Positions 1 through 10,548 of a DNA stretch of 64,000 nucleotides are shown here, one piece after another. Source of the DNA: a virus (Duplodnaviria > Caudoviricetes); IMG/VR virus record IMGVR_UViG_3300042254_000186, positions 37,678-101,677 of that record, one strand, 5' to 3'. The notes below the pieces were generated by a model. It saw only the letters and a list, made by a program, of their open reading frames with translations. It was not told the DNA's origin and searched no databases. The translations under genes were made by a program, and so were the position numbers. Each line of letters opens with the position of its first letter. Within the stretch, counting starts at the first letter, position 1.

Positions 1-1
1 A

Positions 2-1063
2 GGTAAAGTTTCATTTGCCTACAAATCTTTTCTAGGCTATAAGAAAGAAGATGATAAGATTGTCATTGATGAAGATCAAGCAGTCATTGTTAGAATGATT
101 TATCGTATGTTTTTAATTGAAGGTAAGACTGCAACTGGCATAGCAAACTATTTAAAGTCACAACATATCAAAACGCCAAGAGGCAAAGCGAATTGGACTA
201 AGAATAACGTGAATTCAATTCTTACCAATGAGAAGTATAAAGGTGATGCACTTCTTCAAAAGACCTATACCGAAAACTATCTTGATCATAAAATGGTTAA
301 GAATAACGGACAAATTCCTCAGTACTATGTAGAAAATAGTCATCCAGCGATTATTGACAGAGATATGTGGGAACAGGTTCAAATTGAACTTAAACGAAGA
401 GAACGAATTGGTGCTAAATACTCATCGTCTGATATATTTGCATCGAAACTGATATGTGAGGACTGTGGAGGATTCTATGGCAAAAAGAAATGGCATTCCA
501 ATAGCAAGTATTCTAGATTTGTGTATCAATGTAACAATAAGTTTCATAAGCATAAAGACAAATGCCAAACGCCTAATTTAGCAGAGGAGGACATTAAACT
601 TAAATTCATTAAAGCTTATAATCTTTCAATGGAAGATAAAGTAAGAATCATAGAAGATACATACAAAGTCATAGAACTGCTGACCGATACAGAAAAACTC
701 GATGATGTTATTTCTGAACTTGAGGACGAGATCATGGTAACTTCAGAAATAGTGAGTAGACTTGTCAATGAAAATTCAAAAACAGACATAGCTTTAGAAG
801 ATTACAATAAAAAGTATGAAGAGTTATCCAATCGATATGACAAGCTTAAAAACAAACAAACAGACTTGTTAAACGAAAGAAATGAAAAGCAAGGACAAGC
901 ACTTAGAATGAAAGCTTTTATTGCAAGCCTATCTGAATCTGAAGATAAGCTTGATGAATGGAATGAGCGTATTTGGATGTTATTAGTTGATGGAGCAACA
1001 GTTCACAGAGATTCGAGCATTACATTCAAGTTATACAATGGCATTGATATAAAAACAAAATAA
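2..1063 (+). CDS. Large serine recombinase, C-terminal part (5' end lies outside the window)
   Basis: The frame is open from base 2 (GKVSFAYKSFLGYKKEDDKIVIDEDQA...). It is highly similar to 58419..60002, with NEKYKGDALLQKTY, the Zn-ribbon CEDCG...YQC and a coiled coil. Confidence 0.93.
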   Translation, partial: GKVSFAYKSFLGYKKEDDKIVIDEDQAVIVRMIYRMFLIEGKTATGIANYLKSQHIKTPRGKANWTKNNVNSILTNEKYKGDALLQKTYTENYLDHKMVKNNGQIPQYYVENSHPAIIDRDMWEQVQIELKRRERIGAKYSSSDIFASKLICEDCGGFYGKKKWHSNSKYSRFVYQCNNKFHKHKDKCQTPNLAEEDIKLKFIKAYNLSMEDKVRIIEDTYKVIELLTDTEKLDDVISELEDEIMVTSEIVSRLVNENSKTDIALEDYNKKYEELSNRYDKLKNKQTDLLNERNEKQGQALRMKAFIASLSESEDKLDEWNERIWMLLVDGATVHRDSSITFKLYNGIDIKTK

Positions 1064-1068
1064 AGAGA

Positions 1069-1100
1069 GGTCTACCGGTTGAGAAACAGGTAGGCTTTTT
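1069..1100 (+). terminator. Intrinsic terminator after the recombinase
   Basis: GGTCTACC...GGTAGGC stem followed by a T-run. Confidence 0.65.
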
Positions 1101-1172
1101 AGTTTTTGTCATTTTTATAATTAAGAAGGTATGATATAATTTATTTAAGAGGATATCTAAGGGGAGAACATC

Positions 1173-1301
1173 ATGGATAATTACGAAGTAGCGGTTAGAG
1201 GTACGAATTTAGCTGCACAAATTTTAGGTATGAAAGCTCTTGAAGTTCTGTTTTTTTTATAATCAAAATCATTCTAAAAGGGGTATTAATCCCATATTTC
1301 T
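1173..1301 (+). pseudogene. Degenerate copy of the metallopeptidase gene at 7489..7950
   Basis: Reads MDNYEVAVRGTNLAAQILG..., frameshifts in a poly-T run, then FFYNQNHSKRGINPIFL. This matches MDNYEVAINGTTLAAQILG...FFYNQDLTEKGINSIFL. The upstream promoter block is also shared. Confidence 0.85.
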
Positions 1302-1330
1302 ATATTCAAAATAAATGTGGTAGAATTACT

Positions 1331-4300
1331 GTGTTAAAGAAAAAGGTGAGAGATATGAGTTACCTAAAGAAACTAGTTATTGCATTATTGTTAGTAATTG
1401 TCATAACAATACCGGTAGTATCCGTTAATGTGAAAGCAGATGCGAGTGAAGAAAGAACTATTTATTTAAGTGCAACAGAATTTGATTACCCACCTTTTTC
1501 AGTCACAGATAGTGGTGAAGCAGACGGTTTTTCTGTGGAGCTACTAAAAGCAGTTGCTGAAGAAATGGGCATAGTTGTCACATTTAAAATTGATCAATGG
1601 AACGTTTTAAAAGAAGAACTTAAAAATGGAGAATTAGATATTCTTCCTTTAGTTGGATATACAGAAGAACGGGACGAAATCTATGATTTTACTGTGCCTT
1701 ATATCGTCATGCGAGGAAATATTTTCGTTAGAAAAGGTGAAAATGGCATTCAATCTCAAGAGGACTTATTTGGAAAAGAAATCCTTGTGCTTGATGGCGA
1801 TAACTCACAAGAATGGGCTTGGTCTATCGGCTTAGACTCTGAGTTGACTGCGACTGCAACTTATTTAGAAGCATTTGAGCTTTTAGCGAGTGGTGTGTAT
1901 GATGCCGTATTAGCCCAAGGTTTAGTTGGTGAAAAATTAATTAGCGATCATGGATTGGATAATATCACACCGGTCTATGTTTATGATGATAATGGTATTA
2001 ATCGATATAAATTGAATTTAGAAGGATATGAACAAAAATTTTGTTTTGCAGTTGTTGAGGGAGATAGTGAATTACTATCTATTTTAAATGAAGGTCTTTC
2101 AATCGTATCAACAAATGGCACCTATGATGAACTTTATCAAAAATGGTTTCCTTTTTTATTAGAATATGAAGGCGTTTCAACAGCTGAGGTTCTTAAATAT
2201 GTTGGTTATGTACTGATTCCTATATTGGTACTATTAATCACCGCTTACTTTATTACAACGAGAAAAACAATAAAAAATAAAACAGAAGAAATTGTAAAAG
2301 AAAAAAATATTGCTGAAAAATATTTGCATGATTTAATCCTATCTGGAAAAATATTTGAAACGAGTATTGAACATGCACCAATCCCGATTATGATTCATGC
2401 AGATGACGGTCAAGTGATAAATATTAGTAAAACTTGGACAAAACTAACAGGTTATCAAAAAGAAGACATACCTACCATCTATGAATGGACAGAAAAGGCT
2501 TTTGGGACTAAGAAAGAAGATGTGCAAAGATTTATATCAGGACTTTATATTTTAACGGAAACTCAACATGACGGAGAATTTGAAGTTAATACTAAAGATG
2601 ACAAAAAATTAATATGGGATTTTTATTCAATCGGTATTGGCCAGTTAACAGACGGAAGAAAAGCTGCAATGAGTGTTGCGACGGATATTACAGAACGTGT
2701 TGAAATCAGTCAACTGCTCAAGGAAAGTGAAGAAAGATTTAAAGCATTGCACAATGCTTCTTTTGGTGGTATTTCCATTCATGATAAGGGATTAATCCTT
2801 GATTGTAATCAAGGACTTGCTGATATGACAGGTTATTCCCAAAACGAACTCATTGGTAGTGATGGGGTAATGTTAATCGCACCTGATTATAGGGATTTTG
2901 TAATGAATAAAATCACTTCTAGTTATGAAAAGCCTTATGAAGCCTATGGACTTAGAAAAAACGGGGATATATATCCACTAAGATTAGAAGCGAGAAAAAT
3001 CCCTTATAAAGGAAAACAGGTTCGAGTTGTTGAATTTAGAGATATCACTGAACAAAAAAAAGTTGAAGAAGAACTATTAGTTAAACAAAAAGAATTACAA
3101 CACTCGAAATATTTAATGAATTATATCATTGAACATAATAATGCAGGTGTTGCAGTTCATGACAAAGAGTTGAATTATGTTTATGTGAGCAATAAATACT
3201 TAGATCAATACGATATTCATGATGATATCATTGGAAAGCATCATCATGATGTTTTTCCAGATTTGCCTGACAAGTGGCGTGAAATTCATCAGAAAACATT
3301 ACAGGGCATGGTTTTTAAAAACGATAAGGATCTCTTTGTGAGAAATGATGGAATCTTACTATGGACAAGATGGGAATGTCGACCTTGGTATGATGCCAAT
3401 GATGAAATTGCTGGAATTATTATATACACCGAAGTTATTAATGAATTAGTTAAAGCGGAGCAAGAAAAAGAATATCTATTAACACACGATCAACTAACTG
3501 GCTTGAATACTCGTATATATTTTGATGAGCAAATAAAGCAAATCGATAAAGATGAGAACCTTCCAATCTCACTCATTAATTTCGATATTAATGGTCTAAT
3601 TATAATCAACGAAGCATTTGGACATGAATATGGCGATGAATTTATCAAGTTTATTGCACAGACGCTTAAGGACGTTTTTAATGATGAAAGCGTTATTTCA
3701 AGAGTAGGTGGCGATCAGTTTACAGTGCTTTTAAAAAACACATCAAACAAAACTGCAGAAAATTTAGCAAAAGAAGTTGCTGCTCGAGTCAAGAATCAGG
3801 ATATTAAGGGCACCCAAATATCGATTGCACATGGTATTGCAACAAAAAACAAAGATGAAGAAATTAGTAAGTTGTTTACAATCTCTGAGAATAATATGTA
3901 TTCTAACAAGATTTTCGAATCTCAATCATATCGAAATAATTCAATTAAATCCATGATAAAAGCATATCATGAAAAAAATCCAAGAGAAGAAGAACATTCA
4001 AAACGTGTATCGATATTATGCGAAAAATTTGCTGAAGTTTTAGAAATGAACTATGAGGATATTAACAAACTAAAGGCAATAAGTCATCTCCATGACATCG
4101 GTAAAATTGCCATTGATGAAGCTATCTTAAATAAACCGGGGAAACTAAACGATGTAGAGTGGGAAACTATTAAAAAGCATCCTGAAATTGGTGCACGCAT
4201 AATTTCAACTTCACATGAGTACTCAGTCATTGCAGATGACATATTATCGCATCACGAAAGATATGATGGTAATGGTTATCCAAGAGGAATAGCGGGTAAA

Positions 4301-4504
4301 GATATTCCAATAAGAGCACGCATGATTGCCATTATTGATTCTTATGATGCCATGACATCTGATAGACCATACCGAAAAGCAATGGCAAAGCAAGAAGCAA
4401 TTGATGAAATCGTTAGATGTTCAGGTACACAATTTGATCCAGATTTAGTAGAGGTTTTCATCAAGAAAGTCATTATAAATGATGACGCTGATATAACATC
4501 ATAA
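1331..4504 (+). CDS. Sensor protein: solute-binding domain (SBP family 3), TM, three PAS, GGDEF-like and HD-GYP phosphodiesterase
   Basis: DYPPFS...GFSVELLKAVAE binding domain, PAS/PAC repeats, degenerate GGDQF, HDIGK and HHERYDGNGYP. Likely start is ATG 1355. Confidence 0.9.
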   Translation: MLKKKVRDMSYLKKLVIALLLVIVITIPVVSVNVKADASEERTIYLSATEFDYPPFSVTDSGEADGFSVELLKAVAEEMGIVVTFKIDQWNVLKEELKNGELDILPLVGYTEERDEIYDFTVPYIVMRGNIFVRKGENGIQSQEDLFGKEILVLDGDNSQEWAWSIGLDSELTATATYLEAFELLASGVYDAVLAQGLVGEKLISDHGLDNITPVYVYDDNGINRYKLNLEGYEQKFCFAVVEGDSELLSILNEGLSIVSTNGTYDELYQKWFPFLLEYEGVSTAEVLKYVGYVLIPILVLLITAYFITTRKTIKNKTEEIVKEKNIAEKYLHDLILSGKIFETSIEHAPIPIMIHADDGQVINISKTWTKLTGYQKEDIPTIYEWTEKAFGTKKEDVQRFISGLYILTETQHDGEFEVNTKDDKKLIWDFYSIGIGQLTDGRKAAMSVATDITERVEISQLLKESEERFKALHNASFGGISIHDKGLILDCNQGLADMTGYSQNELIGSDGVMLIAPDYRDFVMNKITSSYEKPYEAYGLRKNGDIYPLRLEARKIPYKGKQVRVVEFRDITEQKKVEEELLVKQKELQHSKYLMNYIIEHNNAGVAVHDKELNYVYVSNKYLDQYDIHDDIIGKHHHDVFPDLPDKWREIHQKTLQGMVFKNDKDLFVRNDGILLWTRWECRPWYDANDEIAGIIIYTEVINELVKAEQEKEYLLTHDQLTGLNTRIYFDEQIKQIDKDENLPISLINFDINGLIIINEAFGHEYGDEFIKFIAQTLKDVFNDESVISRVGGDQFTVLLKNTSNKTAENLAKEVAARVKNQDIKGTQISIAHGIATKNKDEEISKLFTISENNMYSNKIFESQSYRNNSIKSMIKAYHEKNPREEEHSKRVSILCEKFAEVLEMNYEDINKLKAISHLHDIGKIAIDEAILNKPGKLNDVEWETIKKHPEIGARIISTSHEYSVIADDILSHHERYDGNGYPRGIAGKDIPIRARMIAIIDSYDAMTSDRPYRKAMAKQEAIDEIVRCSGTQFDPDLVEVFIKKVIINDDADITS

Positions 4505-4520
4505 ACGGAGGATAAATATA

Positions 4521-5420
4521 ATGAATATTAACTATAATGATAACCTTATTCCTTATCTATATGAGGGTGTATATGTTGTAGATCAAAAAAGAAAAATTAT
4601 TTTTTGGAATGAAGGAAGTAAGCGTATTACAGGATACTCTGCAGAAGAAGTCATGAATAGTTTTTGTTATCATAATATCTTGCAACATGTCGATTCAGAA
4701 GGAAAAAAATTGTGTTTTGATGGATGCCCATTACACAAAACGTTAGATAATGGAATGATTAATGAAGCGCATGTTTTTTTAAAACATAAAGAGGGTTACC
4801 GAATACCAGTGATGGTAAAAACACTCCCAATTTATGACGAAAAACAAAATATTGTAGCAGCTATAGAAGTGTTTACCGATGAAAGATTTCAAAAACATAT
4901 CTATCATGAGAATCTTGAACTTAAGAATAAACTTCGTATTGATCCATTAACAAAAATAGCAAACAGACATTTTTTTGATTTTCAACTTTCTAAAAAGATA
5001 GAAGAGACTAAAGTATTTTCAAGCTTGTTTGGAATTTTAATGATTGATATTGATCATTTCAAATCAGTCAATGATACTTATGGTCATTTGGTTGGAGATG
5101 AAATCTTGAAAATAGTTGCCAATTCATTATCTTCAAATGTCGAAAAAACAGGTCTTGTCAGTCGTTGGGGAGGCGAAGAGTTTATTGCAATTATTGATGT
5201 TGATAATCAAGATGACTTGCTAAAAGTTGCTGAAAAACTTAGAAATGTTGTGTTAACATCAGGTTATCAATTGGATAGTGGCAAAACAATATCTGTATCT
5301 ATATCCATTGGTGGAACACTTGTCAATAGTGATGATGATACTAAGTCACTAATTAATAGAGCAGATGAAAATATGTATTATGCAAAACAAAATGGAAGAA
5401 ACCAATCCAAAATTGAATAA
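4521..5420 (+). CDS. PAS-GGDEF diguanylate cyclase
   Basis: PAS domain followed by DPLT, DIDHFKSVNDTYGH, RWGGEEF and AKQNGRN. Confidence 0.92.
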   Translation: MNINYNDNLIPYLYEGVYVVDQKRKIIFWNEGSKRITGYSAEEVMNSFCYHNILQHVDSEGKKLCFDGCPLHKTLDNGMINEAHVFLKHKEGYRIPVMVKTLPIYDEKQNIVAAIEVFTDERFQKHIYHENLELKNKLRIDPLTKIANRHFFDFQLSKKIEETKVFSSLFGILMIDIDHFKSVNDTYGHLVGDEILKIVANSLSSNVEKTGLVSRWGGEEFIAIIDVDNQDDLLKVAEKLRNVVLTSGYQLDSGKTISVSISIGGTLVNSDDDTKSLINRADENMYYAKQNGRNQSKIE

Positions 5421-5481
5421 TGGATTATGTTGGTTTTTTGGATATTATTTTTGACATTTACCTTTGTTAAGCCACTTTTCT

Positions 5482-5568
5482 GGGGTGGCGTAAAAATATG
5501 GCAGAGGTGCGCAATTGTATTAAAATAGGTTACATATTCCACATTAAGAAAAGTTATAGAAAAATTCT
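5482..5568. repeat. att-like site A (element right end joined to chromosome) with upstream GGTG(G)CG repeats
   Basis: AATTGTATTAAAATAGGT arm at 5513 and CA at 5540-41, the same offset as in sites B and C. The right arm is unrelated to B and C. Confidence 0.7.
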
Positions 5569-5748
5569 AGTATAATTTTTAAGGCATAAATAAATATGAT
5601 GATCTTTATATCAAATATTTTAATAATTAATTGTTAATGAAAAACTAAACGGAGTGTTCTAGTTATATTTGACTTTTAATGAAAGAATAACAGTAATTTT
5701 ATAAAAAAGATGGATTATATACAACTATAAAATAAATTCCAAGATAAA

Positions 5749-6654
5749 ATGAGGTATATAAATATGTATAAAATCAGTAAAAAATTTGTTACATTAATCA
5801 ATCAAGAAAAAATAGCATACATTGATCAGGGGAAAAGTGAAAAAGTGCTTCTGTTAATTCACGGGAATATGGCATCTTCAGCAACAATGATTACATTAAT
5901 TGAAGCCTTAAAAGATGATTATCGTGTGATTGCACCAGATATGCGTGGTTTTGGTGACTCGTCATTTAATAAAAATTTTACAACATTGAAAGAACTTGCA
6001 TTTGATATGTTTTTATTTTGTAAGGCATTAAATGTCAAAAAAGCACACGTCGTTGGTTGGTCAACAGGATTTGGTGTTGCAATGGAACTCGCTTTATTGG
6101 CACCAGAAATGGTTCAATCATTATTTAGTATTGAAGGAATGAGCGTTAAAGGATATTATTCTAGAAGGAAAGATAAAGACGGACATATTTTAAAACACAA
6201 AATTTTCAATAGTTTCAATGAAATGACAGCGGATGAAAGCATGCAATTAGTTCCTGAAGCACTAAAAAGAAAAGATAGAGCGTTTGTTAAAAGCATATGG
6301 ATGAACTTGCTCCTTCATGTGAAACCAGAAAAAAACGAAAATTTACTTAATTTATATATTGATGAAACTTTAAAAGAAAGATGTCAAATGAATATTAATT
6401 GGTGCTGGGTTAATTATAATATTTCAAATGAATCAAATTTATATACAAATGGTCATAATAGAGTTAATGAATTGAAATGCCCAGTTTATTTAACATTGGC
6501 TGACAAAGACAATGTTGTTTATGAAGATATGATTATGGAAAATGTGAAATTTATTAAACAAGCTAAACTTATCCACTTTAATGAAGCAGGACATTGCCTT
6601 CATATTGATCAACTTGATGCTGTTGTTAAAGCAATGAAAAAATATTTAAAGTAA
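5749..6654 (+). CDS. Alpha/beta hydrolase
   Basis: LLIHGN, APDMRGFGDS, nucleophile elbow GWSTG and C-terminal GH. Confidence 0.9.
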   Translation: MRYINMYKISKKFVTLINQEKIAYIDQGKSEKVLLLIHGNMASSATMITLIEALKDDYRVIAPDMRGFGDSSFNKNFTTLKELAFDMFLFCKALNVKKAHVVGWSTGFGVAMELALLAPEMVQSLFSIEGMSVKGYYSRRKDKDGHILKHKIFNSFNEMTADESMQLVPEALKRKDRAFVKSIWMNLLLHVKPEKNENLLNLYIDETLKERCQMNINWCWVNYNISNESNLYTNGHNRVNELKCPVYLTLADKDNVVYEDMIMENVKFIKQAKLIHFNEAGHCLHIDQLDAVVKAMKKYLK

Positions 6655-6778
6655 ATGTGCGAATAATTATGAAATGAAATTACAATATTTTGTAAATAAA
6701 AACTGTTAGTCATATTAATTTACCCAATATCAAAGTCTCTTTTTTATAGGGTAGAGTATATAAAAACTAACTGTTTTT

Positions 6779-7243
6779 TTATCTTACTTTTTTCATAAAT
6801 GCTTCAAGTTGCTTAGTTTTAGGATTTTCCAAAATGTCTGGTTCACCATGTTCGATAATATGTCCGTCATCTAGAAAGACAACATAATCAGCAAAATCTT
6901 TTACAAAACTTATAACATGGGTGACAAAAATAAAATCTTTTCCTAACCCCTTTAATTCTTCAATAGCTGTTAAAACCTCATCAGTTAAAATAGGATCAAG
7001 AGAAGATGTTGGTTCATCTAAAAAGACAATATCAGGATTCATAGCAAGTGCTCTTGCAATTGATGCTCTTTGTGCCTGTCCTCCAGAAACATTTCTCGGT
7101 AGTTTATAGTGTTGATCTCTAAGATGTAGAAGATCTAGATACTTGTCAGCAATTTGTGATGCTTTTTCTTCATCAACTTTTCTTGTTTTTTCTAAAACCA
7201 ATGTAATATTTTTCTTAAGTGTTAAATGAGGAAAAAGATTATG
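6779..7243 (-). pseudogene. 5'-truncated polar amino-acid ABC transporter ATPase (GlnQ-like)
   Basis: Has HNLFPHLT...NIT, the SGGQAQR signature, FLDEPTSSLDP and the VTH motif. Walker A is missing because the gene is cut at about 7243. Confidence 0.85.
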
Positions 7244-7396
7244 GAAACATTCATAACCAATCTAAAAAAATCAGAAAATGAACTATCTGATTGGAATGTA
7301 CGAATATGGATGCTTATGGTGGAAAGTGCAACTGTCCATAGGAATTCGAGTATAACGTTTAGGTTTCGCAATGGAGTCTCTATAAAAATTAACTGA
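7241..7396 (+). pseudogene. Last 51 codons of a large serine recombinase
   Basis: METFITNLKKSENELSDWNVRIWMLMVESATVHRNSSITFRFRNG matches the C-termini of 2..1063 and 58419..60002. Confidence 0.9.
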
Positions 7397-7422
7397 GTCG
7401 CTTGAAAAATAGCGACTTTTTT
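7396..7422 (+). terminator. Intrinsic terminator
   Basis: AGTCGCT...AGCGACT followed by a T-run. Confidence 0.75.
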
Positions 7423-7488
7423 TGTATTTTTATAATTAAGAAAATATGTTATAATTTTAGTTAAGAGAATATCTTGGAGGACCACATC

Positions 7489-7950
7489 ATGGATAACTAC
7501 GAAGTTGCAATCAATGGGACTACTTTAGCTGCACAGATTCTAGGTATAGAAACTCCTGATGTGCAGTTTTTTTATAACCAAGATTTAACGGAAAAAGGGA
7601 TCAACTCCATTTTTCTAAAGGATAAATATATCATAGCATTTAATGAAGAGTGGATAGAGCAAGCAAATCAAGTGGAAATTCTAATCACTTGTTTCCATGA
7701 GAGTAGACATGCACTCCAATGGAAAGTTATAACTGGTGAGTACACCGGAACTGAAGTAATAGATCCAATGACGATTCATAAATGGAAAGATGAAATGAGC
7801 AATTACAATTCACCTACAAAAAAAGACATTCCAGAAGAAGAATATCTAAAGCAGGCGATTGAGATTGATGCTATAGCATTTGCACATAAGATGATGTTAG
7901 AACATTTTGGGGTAAGAACTTATGTACCAAATATGATTGAAAATAAATAA
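7489..7950 (+). CDS. Zincin-like metallopeptidase (ImmA/IrrE-like signature)
   Basis: HESRH motif plus downstream EIDAIAFA. GGAGG RBS and a TGnTATAAT promoter lie upstream. Confidence 0.65.
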   Translation: MDNYEVAINGTTLAAQILGIETPDVQFFYNQDLTEKGINSIFLKDKYIIAFNEEWIEQANQVEILITCFHESRHALQWKVITGEYTGTEVIDPMTIHKWKDEMSNYNSPTKKDIPEEEYLKQAIEIDAIAFAHKMMLEHFGVRTYVPNMIENK

Positions 7951-7980
7951 AAAATATATTTAGAAATGAGGGGATAAATC

Positions 7981-8313
7981 ATGAAAAAAACTAATAGTAA
8001 CAAAGGAATCTTATATTTAATTCTAATTGTAAACGGTCTATATTTAGCCATTTCATTCATTGCTTATTTGATAAAAATGAGTACTTATCCTATCAGTGCG
8101 AATATTATAGATTTTCTATACTTAATACCATATTTAGCAATTGGAATAATTATAAGTGTGGGACTCTCATTGTATTTCTATAAAAAGTATGAACGACAAA
8201 ACATTGATATCATCGAAAAATCAAAAGTTTTCCTATTGGTTAATTTACCTAGTTTTATTATGTTTGATTTAACCATCTTTATTATATTGGCTATGGTGAT
8301 TCAAGTAGATTAA
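7981..8313 (+). CDS. Small membrane protein (three TM helices)
   Basis: Three hydrophobic stretches and an RBS. Confidence 0.7.
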   Translation: MKKTNSNKGILYLILIVNGLYLAISFIAYLIKMSTYPISANIIDFLYLIPYLAIGIIISVGLSLYFYKKYERQNIDIIEKSKVFLLVNLPSFIMFDLTIFIILAMVIQVD

Positions 8314-8345
8314 CTTCAAATAACATCATGTGAAGAGGTGGTTTA

Positions 8346-9872
8346 ATGAGATTTGAAATATGGGATGCCATTAGGATAGAAAATTTAACCAGTAAAGAAA
8401 AACTGCTATGGTTTGATACACTAAACTATGGCTTAGAGGAAGACAGAGGATACAAATTAAATGATCCTAATATTCAAACAATACAAGAGTCGATTAGAGA
8501 AGATTATATAACTTATTTGGAAGAGTGTCATAAAAGCAAGTTATTTCATTCGTATTTTGTGTTGTATGATAATTCTGTTATTGTGTCATTGTGTCGAGTG
8601 ATTTTGAATGAACAAGGACAATATTTAGTTGAAGGATTAGAAACACACAGAAGCTATAGAAAACGAGGTTATGCAAAAGCCCTAGAGAATCGCGTTTTTG
8701 AAGTTCTCAATAAGAGTAATGTAAAAACAGTATTTGCAAAAGTGTCAAAACATAATGAAGAATCACTTGCATTTCATTCAAAAATGGGCTATGAAGTTTA
8801 TTCTGAAACAGATAGTGAATACTTGCTGCAATATAAAATACCAAGTGAAGAAGATAATATGCTAAGAATTAAGTTGATTAATCTAGTTCTTAATTCTTTT
8901 GAATTTGATTATAAACTTGTTGATTTTCAAACATATTATAACTATATCAATTTTGAATCTGATCCTATCCAAGTCAAGATTATTGCTAAAGTAACTCTAA
9001 GTAATCAACGAGAGTATGTTATTAGAATTTTAAGAGAAAATCATATTACATTCGATGAAATAGTAAAACAAAATGAGTTATCTGAGATTTTTAGAGCAAA
9101 TGGTATTAATACACCGAAGAAGTATAATTTTGAGGGAAAACTTGTGAAAAAAATCTATCATAATAACTATATGATGTATGCTACTATTGAAGATTACGTA
9201 GGCGATCACATAAAAAAGCTGAACAAGAACACTTTATATGAATGTGGTAAATTACTTGCGAAAACTCACAAAGTTTCTGAAGAATTAACTCTCTCCATAG
9301 AATCAGATGGATATGTATATAATTTTGCAGGGAAAAACGAAGTAGTCTTAATTGACAAACTTGTTGATTTATCCATTAAATTCAATTTTGAAACAGATAA
9401 AATTAAGAAAATACATCAACTATATCTTCTAAAACATAAAAGAATCGTTAAAGCGTTAAATAACTTAAAGCGCTATGCTGTACAAGGAGATTTGAACACA
9501 AATAATATTAGCCTATATAACAATGAGTTATGGTTATATGACTATAACATTGCCTGTAATGAATATTTTGTTGTTATGTTAGCAATAGATGCATTAATGA
9601 TGATTTACGAGGAAGAATTCGAGGAGTACTTATCAAAAGAGGATAAATTTAGGACTTTTATTTCAGGATATAAATCAGTTAGAACTATGAATGAATCTGA
9701 AGAGTTATTGTTACCACAAATATTTGAATTAGCTGATACATTGTGGTTTTCAAAAATTCATATCAGGAAGACATCACTTGAAAGACTACTTGATAAAAAT
9801 GAAATAGACAAAGCAAAAACTTTAGTTGATGAAATTTATATAAATTTAAGTGCTGCAGTAGACTATATATAG
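8346..9872 (+). CDS. GNAT acetyltransferase fused to an aminoglycoside/choline-kinase-like phosphotransferase
   Basis: YRKRGYA...N..S..FH.KMGY GNAT motifs. C-terminal QGDLNTNNI...YDY kinase motif. Confidence 0.75.
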   Translation: MRFEIWDAIRIENLTSKEKLLWFDTLNYGLEEDRGYKLNDPNIQTIQESIREDYITYLEECHKSKLFHSYFVLYDNSVIVSLCRVILNEQGQYLVEGLETHRSYRKRGYAKALENRVFEVLNKSNVKTVFAKVSKHNEESLAFHSKMGYEVYSETDSEYLLQYKIPSEEDNMLRIKLINLVLNSFEFDYKLVDFQTYYNYINFESDPIQVKIIAKVTLSNQREYVIRILRENHITFDEIVKQNELSEIFRANGINTPKKYNFEGKLVKKIYHNNYMMYATIEDYVGDHIKKLNKNTLYECGKLLAKTHKVSEELTLSIESDGYVYNFAGKNEVVLIDKLVDLSIKFNFETDKIKKIHQLYLLKHKRIVKALNNLKRYAVQGDLNTNNISLYNNELWLYDYNIACNEYFVVMLAIDALMMIYEEEFEEYLSKEDKFRTFISGYKSVRTMNESEELLLPQIFELADTLWFSKIHIRKTSLERLLDKNEIDKAKTLVDEIYINLSAAVDYI

Positions 9873-9891
9873 TATTTGAAGGAGGTTCATT

Positions 9892-10548
9892 ATGGCAGAT
9901 TTATATGGAAGAACTTATGAATATGTAACTAGAGCAGAATTGTCGCCAGCAAGAGAGCAAATAGAAAAAATTATTGGATCTCTGCATACAAAATTAAGAA
10001 AAGAAGGCGTAACATTTGAACACAAACTTATTGGTAGTGTTGGAAAGAATCTAGTGACAAAAGTAGTCGGTGGAAACAAAGGATTTGACTTTGACTATAA
10101 CTTTGTTATTCAAAAAGATAATGACTTAGAGGCAAAAGAATTACGTCAATTATTCGTTCGTAAACTTGAGGAAATTGTTGCTAAAACCAATTATAAGACT
10201 GTTTCAGATGGAGAACAATCATTTACAATTAAAGTGGTTGATAAAAAGAAAAGCCAAATCAAATATGGATGTGATTTCGCTATAGTGAACGAGTATATAG
10301 ATAATCAAAACAACTTCAGACAGCAAATACTTGTCAAGCATTCAAACAACAACTACGGTTGGGAAGATAAGCCTATTGCAAAGAATTATTCTACCAAAGT
10401 TTCAAATCTAAAGGCTAACGGTTTATGGAATGAAGTTCGAGATGAATATTTGAAAGTAAAAAATAACAATAGAGATGGAAACAAGAAATCATATACAATG
10501 TATTATGAGGCTGTAAATAATGTGTACGGTAGATATCGCTGGGTCTAG
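9892..10548 (+). CDS. Pol-beta-superfamily nucleotidyltransferase (minimal CD-NTase/SMODS-like)
   Basis: hhGS motif (LIGS), DFD, and a third acidic residue in CDFAIV. Confidence 0.75.
   Translation: MADLYGRTYEYVTRAELSPAREQIEKIIGSLHTKLRKEGVTFEHKLIGSVGKNLVTKVVGGNKGFDFDYNFVIQKDNDLEAKELRQLFVRKLEEIVAKTNYKTVSDGEQSFTIKVVDKKKSQIKYGCDFAIVNEYIDNQNNFRQQILVKHSNNNYGWEDKPIAKNYSTKVSNLKANGLWNEVRDEYLKVKNNNRDGNKKSYTMYYEAVNNVYGRYRWV

Larger units (their letters stand above)
1..5541. mobile_element. Right end of LSR-integrating element 1 with c-di-GMP cargo
   Basis: LSR 3' part, then cargo genes, then an att-like site at 5513-5568 homologous to those at 14382 and 63711. Confidence 0.7.
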
